Positions 1-12,020 of a stretch of 64,000 bases of DNA are shown piece after piece. Numbering within the stretch: position 1 is the stretch's first letter; every line of letters starts with the position of its first letter. Source of the stretch: Sphagnum compactum (lineage: Eukaryota); assembly GCA_965153455.1 (NCBI GenBank), contig OZ234493.1, positions 28,014,213 through 28,078,212 on the forward strand, written 5' to 3'. The position numbers were made by a program, and so were the translations under genes. The notes under the pieces are model-generated. The model was not told where the DNA came from and did no database searches. It worked only from the letters and a program-made list of their open reading frames with translations.

Positions 1-665
1 GTGCACTTTCAAGATCAGGTCACACATCATAACCCTCCTACTGCGGTGTGTAACATACAAGCTGCCCTCACAACAGGGATTGTACTGTGGTGCCCTAGCT
101 CAAATATTATGTCATATGATTCCATTAAAAAAACATACTGGAAAGAAGTTCTCATGTTTCTAAGAGGAGGTGATGGAGACTCTCATCTCCAAAGTTCAAC
201 CTTAAACCTACTCACTGATTATGCAACATCAAGGCACTCCTATCGATCAACCACTCAAACTTAATGCAACAAAGATTGACTACAAAAAAATTTAATTGTT
301 CATGATGCAGAGCCTTCACACCTCCTATGTCAGCCCTCACACCCACAATTTCATGACTCAGTTATCGATCATTGCTGAACAGAACCATTCAGATGAATCA
401 GGGGATATGTTACCCTTGAAAAGTCCAGTTTTCCTATTTAGAGTCTGCAGAATCTGAGAATAATATATATAATATGAGGATGGTTCACGGCCAAAAAATA
501 AGGGTGTCTGGATGACACATAAACCGCACTTACAAGAAAGGACAACCCATGGTGCCATTACAAACGAGAGCATCTTAGGGCCATGCTGGCACTATGGGCA
601 GTGGTGTAACAGTAGGTAGCAGAAGCTCACCAAGGTGATTTGGTGAATGTGAACAGCAGTCGCTT

Positions 666-958
666 CCAGTGTCTTTTTCTCCCAATTTTGTGATGTAAAT
701 GAGGTGATGATCATCCATAAGCTGACCTAGCCAAATTTGGCCATTAACAACATGTGAAAGGAAAAAAATTCAACACCCTTGAACCATGTTTTTTACTACC
801 TACTTGAACCATGTATAGAAATGTGGAGATTTTTTTATAAGAAAATTGATTTTTTTTCAATTTTCACCAAAAAATTCAATATATTTTTGAATTTGCAACA
901 AAAGAAATTCCAAATTTTCACTATAGTGCAAAATTTCACACCATAAACAAAAGGCTGG
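666..958. repeat. Probable short dispersed repeat / MITE-like element
   Basis: AT-rich non-coding block bounded by weak inverted ends (CCAGTGTCTTTTT ... AAAAGGCTGG). The internal GATCATCCATAAG..TAGCCAAATTTGGC motif resembles an abundant moss repeat as I recall it. No TSD found. Confidence 0.3.
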
Positions 959-1608
959 CTGCCTCTGACTTATCACGGTTTAGCAGAGTGTGTATGATAT
1001 TTGCTGAGGTGGATCCCAGGTGGAGGAACCCCCTGTTCTAGGACTTCCAGGGACCACCGTCTAGAAAAGAACAAATCAAGATTTATTTTTCTTTTTGTCA
1101 ATTTGCTTGCAAGCTGGCCTGGACCTTTAGCCGCTAGACACTCTCACAACTTACAAGGTTTCACACTTAATGCTGTCATAATAGATTCATTATGTGACTC
1201 ACATCACTTCACCAATGTAAGATTACACGAGATGTTAAATATTACATATAGTAAAGGAACAATGGTATCGACAATGAAGCCGCCCCTGAATCCGCTCGAA
1301 TCGTCATTTGTCTCGTCATTCAGTTGGATGGATGAAATCCGTCTATTCATAGCAACAAGAGTCGCAGCAGCAGGAATAGCAACAGCAGGAGCGATGACGG
1401 CGGCTGTGAATGAAGCCTCCCTTGAAGCCGGACGGACAATAGTTAAAAAAAAGGTAGTCTTGGTACATAGTTATGGGCCTCAAAATAATGACAAAGTCAA
1501 AAAACTGACAGTTCTTCCACGAAAACCATGAGCTCGGCAAGGTTGTTGAAATGAAAGGAACCGACGGTTCTTTCGTTCCTGTTGGGTTCTCAAGAACCGA
1601 AACCGAAA

Positions 1609-1788
1609 GGTTAAAAAACTGGAGTGGGAAATGCGAAGGATCGAGCCGAAGGGGGATCAATGGGTTGAAGACCCGAAATGGAAAATGCGAAGGACCGTGC
1701 GAGGGGGACTTGATGGGTTAAAGAACCGGAGTGGGAAATGCCAAGGACCGGGGGAGGGGGGGGGGGGGGGGGTCGACGGGGTTGAACC
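1609..1788. repeat. Degenerate ~54-bp tandem repeat (about 3 copies) with G5-A-G17 tract
   Basis: Units GGTT(A/G)AA(G/A)A..C(C/T)G(G/A)A(G/A)TGG(G/A)AAATGC(G/C)AAGGA(C/T)CG start at ~1609, 1663 and 1716. Poly-G run at 1750-1772. Confidence 0.75.
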
Positions 1789-3581
1789 AAACATTGTTGA
1801 AATAACACACCTGTGCATTATGCACGGGGCACACACTAGTCTCATAATAAGCTTTAGAGCACACTTTTGAGCTTGTGTTTTTGTGCCTTGTGTGTTTTTG
1901 TGTTGAACTGTGTTGCATGACTTTTCATTTTTTTCAAAAAAGATTATTTAATTTGTTCTGCATGTTTCCTCTATCACAAGTCGAATTCAGTGCCAAACCA
2001 CACTGCACAATTTTTCATTTTCTGGAAAAGAAAGTTATTTAATTGTTATGCAAGTTTCCTCTCTCCCAAGCCAAATTCAACCGCTTGAGAGAAAGCATCA
2101 ACCTGGAACATATATTCCAATGTTGAAATATTTCTGTTTATTTGACATATGCAGAGGGTCAAACCCACCAAACCCTAGAACAGAATCTGGTGCCTCTGTG
2201 TAGGGCTGAGAACTATGGATCACTTTTTTGTACCAAACCGTAATGAGAAGGAGGGGGTTTTGCATAGATTATTTATTATATGACCCCTGCCACTTCACCC
2301 ATTTTCCTCCTGTAACTAGCTGCTGGTTGTGTGGTGGCCACAGATTGTGCTACCACCTAGGTGAACCAAATGAGATTTCCAATTTGGGACGTAGGGTAAA
2401 CAGGCCGGTGACTGAACATTTAGTTGTGAGTTAGCTCTGAATCATACTGGGTGCCTCCTTTGGTTATGCTTTCTGAAGATAAAGTGTAGAGGAGTAGAGG
2501 GCACACCCAATGCCCTTTGAATAGCTTAAATCGAGTCAAAATAGAGGAAATTAGGTCCCGACTGATAAAAAATGATAAATTAAAAAGCTTCAAACACATA
2601 AGAGCTCAAGAGAGTTTACTTATAAGCAAAGCATATATGAAATTTTAAATCAATCTAGCAAAGCATATATGAAATTCTTTTTCAAATTATTTTGTTGGTC
2701 CATGTGATATGTGGTTATAGGTTTCAAGTGGCATCTTGATTGGAAAATTCCATGACAATTTAGGGGCAAGGTTGGATGACAACAAGGCACACATGGTACT
2801 ACCAAGAGCTGGGGGGTTTACATAAAAGGGAAGAACCAACCAATCACAAAATGGTAAGTTTTAACATGGGTTGCACCTTTATGGGAGGAAGACAAGCGTG
2901 CAATGGCATACTGGACCCAAGTGTTGATTTTGCATTATAATTTTTAGCTTTTTTACTACCTCTTTGGCAATTGCAAGGTGGTGTAAAGACATATGGTGTT
3001 GGATTTTGGTTTGATGTTTTTTGTGTAGTTACTTGAGTTCACCCTCTATTAGTCCATAGACTTCAACAATGCGGAATGTGTTTGGTGCTTTGAATTCATG
3101 TCGAAATGTTTGACAATGATTTGGGCAATCTCAAATGGTGCCGATCAAGGTGTCAAATATTGTCATCCACCAAACCATTGAGGTTTTGGAAATTTTGTCA
3201 TAACTCACCTGTGATCTTCATTTCAAATCCAATGTTTGAATTATTTCTTTGATGTGTCAACTCTTAGATTTTTGAGTTTTTCACCATATGGGTGGTGCGA
3301 ATGTTAAAAAGCCTCAAGGATGCTCTAAATGCTTAGGGGTTAAGGACTCAAATACTAGTAATTATTGACACATTCAAACCAATTAAAAAGTTATTAGCTC
3401 ATCTATAATAAATGTCTCCAAAACTCGGATCTACACAAGCTGTTTTAAAAGGAAATTTTGTTAATGAGGAAAAAAGGCTTCCTAATTCTAATTCATGCCT
3501 CAAAATCTTCGATTTTTCAATTGCCCGCTGCACTTGAAATTAGTATAAATAATATTTCAATAAATTGTTGTCACATGGTTC

Positions 3582-3665
3582 GGGGTGGTGGCGCAGTTGG
3601 CTAGCGCGTAGGTCTCATAGCTAAGAGAAATCCTGAGGTCGAGAGTTCGAGCCTCTCTCACCCCA
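3582..3665 (+). tRNA. tRNA-Met(CAT), elongator type, with 10-nt intron (3620-3629)
   Basis: GGGGTGGTGGCGCAGTTGGCTAGCGCGTAGGTCTCATA[gctaagagaa]ATCCTGAGGTCGAGAGTTCGAGCCTCTCTCACCCCA. Acceptor stem GGGGTGG/TCACCCC, anticodon CAT at 3616-3618, intron one base 3' of the anticodon, A and B boxes, upstream TATAAAT at ~3544, T4 terminator at 3669-3672. Matches the canonical plant nuclear tRNA-Met(e). Confidence 0.97.
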
Positions 3666-3688
3666 CTCTTTTGCCGAATACAACAAAA

Positions 3689-3710
3689 ACACACACACAC
3701 ACACACACAC
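3689..3710. repeat. (AC)11 microsatellite
   Basis: Read directly from the sequence. Confidence 0.95.
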
Positions 3711-3796
3711 ATTCTCTTCTTACCTGCTCTTCTTGTGTCCTTCCTTCCTTCCCCAGATCCCATGTGAGAGGCACTGAGTACATGTGTTTTGTGTAC

Positions 3797-3960
3797 CTTC
3801 CAAGCGCATCATAAGATCCTGCCAGGTTGGTGGACACATCAAGAGTGTCAAGATGATGGCGCCCGCATGTTTCCTCCACAGGTTCATGGCCAAGGACTTT
3901 CTTCCGTCTCCAGAGATGACTGGAGTTTGCAGCACCAGCAGTATTGAAGAGTCTCTCTGC
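3797..3960 (-). pseudogene. Fragment of a kinesin-light-chain-related (KLCR/CMU-type) TPR gene
   Basis: Minus strand reads EETCGRHHLDTLDVSTNLAGSYDALGR followed by AG|GTACAC. This resembles the plant KLCR motif ECGPYHPDTLGVYSNLAGTYDA.GR. Upstream RDS..KLQSS..GRKS pieces are in shifted frames. No other exons found. Confidence 0.5.
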
Positions 3961-4862
3961 TCATCAGCCTGTGTACATAGTTTAGGGTTTAGGGTTTTAA
4001 CAATCTAAATCCTAAACCTATAGCAATTTTTCTCCATATCCATATGGTCTTTGTTGTGAATGCTTTTGAATTCCGAGGAAGCAGGAAGTTATGTTGAACT
4101 GTTAGCTTCTACTGTGGCATTGTGGAGATGATGGGATGATGACTGGGTTATGGTCATAGCAACGATGACTTGCCTTTTTTCAGCTTCTTCTTTGTCCTAT
4201 TGCAGTTTTTTGGGAGGCTGCTCCTATGATGATGGGTTTAATGAGTTTTTTGCAATGCGGACTGATGACAGCATCTTCTTCATGCTGTGTGCTTGATTAA
4301 TCTCCTGCACCACTCTCTCTCCCTCTCTCTATGCAACCTTTTAGTTCCCTCAGCCAGCTTTTGTACCCTATTGTTTCAATAATAAGCTTTTCAAGAATCA
4401 GCAGCATTTGATGTATGTGTCTTAGACCTTCTTCAATAGAGGTACTGCAAGTTTTTCTCATAGATTTTGAGTCTGACAATTGAGATCTCAAGAATATAAT
4501 AAAATCAAAGCCAACAACTGGATTTAGGGTTTGCCAATTTCTGAACCACATGAGCTTGGAGCCACCACAAACAAAGCTCCTGGAAACATCTCTTCTCTGA
4601 ACTGAGCAAATTTGGGTGCACAAGCAAGCATCAGCACAAAGTGTTGGAACCTTACAGAATCCATCATCTCATCTGCAATTTGCTGATGATGATGATCCAG
4701 CAACCCTCTCGTCATCAATCAGGGCACCACCAAAGTGCAGAAGAGAAGATGATGCAAAAATGTTGTAGAAACTGCAAAGCTCTGATCAACACACAAACAA
4801 AATGCAGATGGTTGCTCAGGTTTTTTTTTTTGAGTTCCCCAGTTTTGTACAGATTGGTAATA

Positions 4863-5197
4863 AACTTCTGCATCTTGAAGGAAGAATGTTTGAGCATCAT
4901 GAAGGAAATGAAGGATTCAACAGAATTGGCAGAGTTTTGAACCACAGAAAGATCCTTGTTTGAGTACTGAGATGCCACAGCAGATTCTTTGTTCTATCGT
5001 ACAGATCAAAAGGTTTAGGATTCGGGTTTAGGAAGCAAGCTTCTGCACCTTGAAGGAAGAACATTTGGGTATCATGCACGAAATGGAGGATTCAATAGAA
5101 TTGGCATAGTTTTGAACCACTGAGAGATCCTTGAGTACTGAGACGCACAGCAGATTCTTTGTTCTATCCTGCAGCTCTGCCGAAACAAAGGTTTAGG
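4863..5197. repeat. Tandem duplication of a ~175-bp unit upstream of the cystinosin gene
   Basis: CTTCTGCA.CTTGAAGGAAGAA...GGATTCAA.AGAATTGGCA.AGTTTTGAACCAC...CAGCAGATTCTTTGTTCTATC...AAAGGTTTAGG occurs at ~4863-5018 and ~5037-5197. Confidence 0.85.
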
Positions 5198-5715
5198 GTT
5201 GCGCAGTGGTCTTTGAGATGATGAGATTGCCACCAAACAGAAACAGATTCACTCAGCAATTCTAAGATATTAAAAGGAAAGATGAAATTCATCAGGAGAC
5301 GACCCCCCAACTGTTTGGGATTCGATAGCGAACCTGACTTCGAAAGTGCAGTCAAGGAGGAGGAGGGAAAAGAAGAAGAAGAAAGAAGAAGAAGAGAGAG
5401 AAAAGGGCTGAGGGAGGGAGGAGGGATGACGCATGAATGACGAATGCGCAGGAAGAAATGACGTGAAGGGGTCGGGGAATTCAATGAATGTGGACGAGGA
5501 GGGGAGGAAAGGGTGGTTACTGTTTTGTTGTCTTTTGTTGTTGCAAGGGAGGTCCGCAACCCTCTATCCTCGGAGCTCAACTCTCGGAGGGGATCAGCAG
5601 ATAGGTTTCTGTTGCTGTCTGGCTGGCTGGTAGGCACCTTTGCAGTCCAAGAGGACAGGGATTTGTGCAAGAGGAACTGAATCAGATTCAGAATCAGAAA
5701 TCCTACAAAGTAAAG

Positions 5716-8328
5716 ATGGGAGACGGACCAGGATGGCACACAGAGGCTTGGTACGTGGTGTATCAGATCCTGGGCTGGTTTGCATTCACAGTCTGGTCGA
5801 TCAGCTTCTATCCACAAGTGATTCTCAACTATCGCCGCAAAAGGTTTGGCTCCTGATCGGAATTCCTTCTCTCTTCTTTCTTCCTGTTGCACAACAATCC
5901 ATTCATCATTCTTTCTGAATTAGGGTCCACAGAGAGAGAGTTCCAGAGAGAGAGGTCCAGACAGATAGGTATGGGGGTGGTTGGATGTGCACTGGATCTG
6001 GGATTCTGAAACAGCGAGAGTGCGAGGTTTTGCATGCAGTGTGGTGGGCTTGAATTTCGACTTTGTGGTACTCAACTTCACCAAGCACACATCCTACTTG
6101 ATCTACAACGCTGCCCTCTACTTCAGTCCAGTTGTCCAGAAGCAGTACCACGAGAAGTATGGCTATGATGAGGTACCCGCAAATGGGACATGCATTTGGA
6201 AGGAAGGAAGGACTGACTGGCCCTTTTGTAGTTGCTGCTGAGAGTGAAGAGATGCAAGTCATCATCATCATGTTTTGCAACATTGCAGTTGATTTCAGTC
6301 AGGGAGACGAAGAATGGAGCAGCACCTGGAAGAAGAAGATGAAGAAGAGAGAATGCTGATAACTAGCTGTCTGTTTTGCAGCTTATACCAGTAGCACCGA
6401 GTGATGTTGCATTTTCTTCCCATGCCGTTCTTCTCACGACTGTCTTGCTTGTCCAACTCTTCCTGTTTGAGGTACATAAGCCCAGCTCCACTTTAATCCA
6501 ATCTGCCATGCACACGCATGAGATGAGATGAGAGGTTGAGAGCCTCTGATTTTTATCTTTGAAATCTGATGCATTTTCCACCCAAACAAAGTCCTTGTTT
6601 ATTTGAAAACAAAGCTGGAGGATTGAAGATGAATTCTGGTAGATTTGCAGACCACAAACATTGCCAGTCTCTGGTTACAAGCAATATGTTGTGGGAGTGA
6701 AGACAACTGACTATGAAGCTCATCTTTTCTGTTTTGTGCAAGGATATGTACTTGTGCTTTCTTTCTTTCTTGTGGCAACATGTCACAATTAGGTTTTTGG
6801 TTAAGGTCCTCCATCATCATGATGTCTGAGTTCTGCACTCTCTCCTTTTCATTATCAGTCTAGCCTCTTCTTATTTGATGTGTCCACCTGTCTTCAAAAG
6901 TGTTGATCGAGACATTTCGTGACATTTTGGTATGCAGAAAGGAGGCCAGCGGGTGTCGAGCACGTGCATAGGGATATCCGTTGTGGTTTGGGGATCTGCT
7001 TTTGTGCTCCTGCTTTTGGCTTTTCCAACTGGGAACTGGCTGTGGCTAGTTTCTGCATTCAAGTGGGTCCTCACCTTTCCAGAGATCCGACCCCTTGTTG
7101 ATTGATCATTTGCCCATCTGTGATTTGCTAGTCTACAGAGTTCTAGGAAGTGGAAGTATGTCAACTGATTTGACTGCACTTATCCGATTGGGTTTCCTTC
7201 AAATTGTTGTTGTGGATAATTCCTCTCCACAGTTTCATAGATTTATATGCATGTCTACTGATTTGCAGTTATGGTATGGGTGTGGGTGTGGGTGAGACAG
7301 CATCATACAACTCATCATGACATGCATAAAATATGCACCACAGGTTTTGCTCTCCTCTACTGCCGGACTTGATACTTGGAGTCATCTCTCCATATCTGTC
7401 TGTATGCCCACTGTGTGCCATACAGATTGTGATTCTTTGGTGATGCTTTTGTTTGGTGGTATTGATTGTCTCAAAAGGACTACTCAAAAGGAGTTTTGCT
7501 CCTATAGTCATTGAGGAAGAATGGTGGATTGCAGGCATACTTCAACTATAGGAGGAAGAGCACAGTTGGATGGAGCATCACAAACATAGTGCTTGACTTG
7601 TCAGGCGGCACTGCCAACTTGCTCCAGATGTTTGTGCAATCCATTGACCAGCGTAATTATGTCCCTTTTCCACCACTGCACTCTCTCCCTGACCTCCCTA
7701 GTTTTCTTCATTGTTTTCAAAGTCTCAGAAGTCCCCACCCTGATGAGAGTCTCAAATTTTTGGCTTGATGAAACTTGGCTGTTGATATGAATTTACACAG
7801 GAAAGTAGAGCTTCAGATGCTAATTTTGTGTATTTTTGTTTTGATGCAGACTCATTTGAGAATTTCTCTGGCAATGTGGGGAAAGTTGGCTTGTCACTGG
7901 TCAGTGCTGTCTATTCTTGACCTCTGTGTCAGCCTACTTCCATTAGGTCGATTTTGTATGTCTTCTTCAGAGATGTTTGTTCTGAACTTTGTGGGTCACC
8001 TTTTCTTCATGTGTTTCTTCACCTCACAGAAAAAAACTGGAGTTTTCTCAGTTCTCAAGGTGTGCTACAAACCAGGTATATGTGGGGTGGGAAGGAAGCC
8101 ACTGCTGCTAATGGGGGAACATGTCTTGGATGGGTACAGTTTACAATTGCATTTGATATTTTCTTCACGGTACAGCACTTCTACCTCTATGCAATCCCGT
8201 CGGTGGTGAGCCCAGAGGACTACCTTCAAGTAGGAGATTATTATGTTGTCCCAGCCTTGGACCCTGAGCTTGCCCTCAATGACCAGGAGGAGGAGGATGC
8301 CAGTGCTCAGAAGACACCTCCACCTTGA
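5716..8328 (+). CDS. Cystinosin homolog (PQ-loop lysosomal/vacuolar cystine transporter), ~291 aa, 8 exons: 5716-5843, 6040-6172, 6382-6471, 6938-7062, 7301-7343, 7535-7652, 7850-7899, 8140-8328
   Basis: All introns are GT-AG and the phases join into one ORF of 876 nt. Motifs: [78 protein letters not shown] (two PQ loops). Confidence 0.93.
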
Positions 8329-10110
8329 AGCTCTGTTCTGAACTGGAGAGCCAATGACTGGCTGGTTGGAACAGTAACAGTATTGAAGCCAATTTCATCA
8401 TCATTTGTTGAAAGCTGTCAATGACTGAAACTAGCTGTTGTTGATCAAACTGTCGCATCCTGCTAGTGAGGCAAGAATTGCAAGAATTGTTTTTAACATT
8501 GATTTCCTTGGTCTTCCTTATAATTCAAAATTACATGTACAATTTATCATCAACCAATCAGATCTGAAAAGCTAAGAGTGAATATTCTAATGAGTTAAGT
8601 GTTGGTAGGAGACTAAAAGGTTTGGTGATTGACATTCTTGCTTGTTGAAAGTTTAGTCATTAACAGGTTTGGTTCAAGACTATGGAGAAGCCAAGGTCAA
8701 TGGAGTCTCTCCATAGGTTTCTAGTTGCAGAAGCAATAATTTCTTAGCTAGATTTTCTGATATGTAAATTTTATTCCTCGAACTGTTGATCTAATCTTTC
8801 CGATAAATTTGGAGTTGTCAATTATCAGTTTTGTATGTTTTGCTCAAGGCTTTTTGTAGTTGCAAGGAGTTTTTGATTACAGCTCAAATGGGTGGGCATA
8901 ATTGAGTCTTCCCATTTCCTCTAAATGCATGATGGAAACTCACTCAGTATCTGATACTGCCAGGAGCTGGTTAAGCCTGTGGGAAGGTACTTGAAAACAT
9001 GAAACCTAGTCAGGAACACACATGGTGCTGTTGTTGGACACACAAACTTGTAAGAGACTCTAACTGTGGCTTGTTCATGTCTTTGTGAATAGTGTTAATG
9101 TTATTCTGATTTCCATTTCTGTTTCCTAGTTATCAGATTTCTCTTTTTCCCTCCTGCAGTTTGCTGTTATGGTCATAATGTTTGATTAGGAATTTCTCTA
9201 ATCTCATTATCAGGTCATCTAATGATATCTATTGAGGTGGGCTTATGAATTGTCAGTATGGAGAGAAGTTTTCATTTCTTGATGAGGCTATATTCATACA
9301 AGTATATGAGTATATGATGCTGGAGAAAGAACTTGATGCATTGTAAGCATGGGAAGAAAAGGTTGATTTCCAATTCATGAAATACATTTGCTATTTGGGT
9401 TGTCATCAGTTTACATCCTTGAGAAGATGGCATTTGACAGATGGGTGGATGCTTGATGGTGCTTTCTTTGTTTAGATTTGGCAGGAAGTTTGCAATCTGA
9501 AGCAACCCTTGTATGAACACATTTAATTCCTTCCTCTGGCCCATGCAACATATAATATGATTTAAATCTAGATGATGTAAAGCTATTAATCCTCTTTAAA
9601 TCTTCTCTCTTGAATGGTTTTATGAGATTCTTGGTATAATTGATACATTATATTAAGAATTGTTTCAATAAGTGAAGATTGAATTTCATGTTATAGAATT
9701 AATGGAAGTGAAACGATTCCCTGAAAAATTTATATGTGTTGATATTGTAAGAATCAAGGAAGAAATAAGAATATATCAATATTTTGACCTATGTCCGTTT
9801 GATTGTGGTTGGTAGTGCGAAGTGATACAGAGCCCAAGTATGTTTTGGATTTAGATAATCTAAAGCTATCTTGTAGTCCTTCCACTCCATGAAGCACACA
9901 TTGTCCATCCACAATGTTTAGAAGTGGCGCACTGGATTCTATGAGTAAAGTTTTTTCATGCAGGGAAAGTGCTTTCAACACTCTACCCACCACAGAGCAC
10001 CAAGTGGGTTTCATGAGATCACTGAAGTCTCCTGTATAGATGAACCACAACAGTTCCCAAGGTTCCTTGGTAACCTATATTTTAACCCCTCCTACTTCCC
10101 TCTTCCTCAG

Positions 10111-10263
10111 GGTGAACCCCTTTCGGGGGAGGGAGGCAACAGCCCCTTCAGTCATTAGAAAAATTAGAGAAGTACAAAGGCGGGAGGAAGCGCCACCTGA
10201 TGGTGGCGCTATCACTCCCAAAGATGTCCATATGAAACCATTCAGATCTAAAGGCGAGCTCAA
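10111..10263 (-). mobile_element. 5'-truncated LINE copy (153 bp: ORF2 C-terminus plus 3' UTR) with 14-bp TSD
   Basis: Minus strand encodes IELAFRSEWFHMDIFGSDSATIRWRFLPPLYFSNFSND* (stop at 10148-10150), homologous to the LINE end at 52766-53020. Flanked by the direct repeat TCCCTCTTCCTCAG at 10097-10110 and 10264-10277. Confidence 0.85.
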
Positions 10264-10744
10264 TCCCTCTTCCTCAGAGAACTACCTATGTAAGTGGGTA
10301 AGTACCATAGGTAAGGAATGCAAGTGGTTACTATGATTGTACATAAGTCACTTGGTGGTTACTAGATAGGCAGATGCATGTGGATGATTAGAACTAAGGT
10401 TGATTGGTTCTAGGATTTCCAGGTCTTGCCTCCAACTTTGTTTTGAACATGAGACAACCTAAATTGGGTCCAGGGAAATTTTACATATCTGACAGAACCT
10501 TGGGTCCAGTTCCAAACTCAATTCTTCACATTTCTAGACTTTTAGTTCTTGATTCTTTAATAAAAAATTCCTTCATGAGTTCATTCGAAATTGAATGTAG
10601 TTTTGCCTCCTTATGCATAGTCCAAAATTGAAGATTTTTAATTATCAACATTATACAATTAATAGAAAGTGCCCACCTATATCATTTCTGATGTTAATAC
10701 TTTACCAAGCTTTCCTTTGAATTGTGCAAGTGCAAGATCAAATG

Positions 10745-11340
10745 TCAAGAAAGCCTTACCTCATGCCTTGGAAAAGGCAATATCTTCACTTTGCTTTCAA
10801 AATCCATTTGTTCCTTATTAGTATATGGATGGCTATCTTTCAAGCACATATTGAAATTCAGCCTAGACGTGGAAAATGGAACAACTAAATAATGCGTAAT
10901 CATCAATGACAATGGGAGATACAAACTATTCTTTTTTGACAACCATAATCTTCAATGGTAGAGAAAGATGCAATTCTTTCATTTTAAAAACAATCAACTA
11001 AATTTAAAACTAATTTGAAGCATAATTAGTTGATCCCTCATTCTCATTTGAATATGTAAACAACAAGGATTCCGAGAAAGCTACTTAAAAAATGTACCTT
11101 AAACAAGAAATTAGACATCTAGTTTTTATGAATACAATACCAAGTTTTTTTGAGCCAATGTGTGTTGCAAAGGCATTGCACACATATGAACTTGGAGCTA
11201 TCATGTTTAACAAAAGCACAAAACATGTACCTTAAACCCCAAACATGTTGAGCAGTAGAAAGAAGTAAAATTAAGCCATGCTTGGGGTTTGTGTGTAACT
11301 TACACAATAGGTCTTGAAGGATTGGCAACCTCCTTCTATA
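10745..11340 (-). mobile_element. Possible degraded DNA-transposon (hAT-like N-terminal) relic
   Basis: Broken minus-strand frames (FCAFVKHDSSKFICVQCLC; HPYTNKEQMDFE) loosely resemble BED-finger/N-terminal hAT segments. Weak. Confidence 0.25.
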
Positions 11341-11659
11341 AATAGCTCGTTGACACTAGAAGACATTTTGTCCTTTGCAACTGAAAAATCTACGACTACA
11401 AGTCCTAAATGACTATATGTATGACTTTAGTTATAAACTATTACTTTGAATCTTATGTGTAAAAAAGTCATAGTCATATATAAGTGGGGCATGTGACTAG
11501 TAGATAATGAGGTGGTAACAAGATGAGGGATCTTAGTTTTCATCATGTTTATTTCATCTATATGGCATCCATGATTAATGACAAAGTGATGTGGATCTCC
11601 AATTGTCATTACAATGATTAAAAAATGACCACAAGTCATTTGTTATGAACATAAACAAC

Positions 11660-12020
11660 CCTACCCTCACCCCCACCTACCTATGTACCTACCTATTTAC
11701 CTACCCACCCACCCATCTATCAATCTACCTACTTGCTTACCCACCAAACCACCTACCTACCACCTACCTATCTACCTACCCACCTACCTACCTATTATCC
11801 ACTTACCTACCTATCTATTTACTTACCTACCCACCTACCTACCTACTTATTTACTATCCACTTACCTACCTACTTATTTACCTACCTACCCACCCATTTA
11901 TTTGCCTACCTACCTACCCTTCCACCCACCCACCTATTTGCTTACTTACCTACCCTCCCACCCACCCACCTACTTGCCTACCTACCTACCTACTACCTAT
12001 CCTCCCACCTTCCCACTCAC
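11660..12020. repeat. (ACCT/ACCC)n degenerate tetranucleotide tract, left part
   Basis: Read directly from the sequence. Explains the spurious PTY/L-rich ORFs in all three + frames. Confidence 0.9.

Noticed and set aside
1001-1531. 176-aa + strand ORF
   Set aside because: Non-ATG start, no recognisable domain, no supporting exon structure.
1609-1788. CRISPR-like repeat-spacer array
   Set aside because: Units are degenerate along their full length, the 'spacers' resemble each other, the context is eukaryotic, and there are no cas genes.
5164-5892. 242-aa minus-strand ORF
   Set aside because: Antisense to cystinosin exon 1 and its GA-rich upstream region. Low-complexity Ser/Leu/Pro product with no domain.
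10111-10155. Hammerhead ribozyme in the LINE 3' UTR (CTGA...GAAA)
   Set aside because: There is no CUGANGA core, and GAAA is a hairpin loop that becomes GCAA in the second copy. This fits a GNRA tetraloop rather than the catalytic core.
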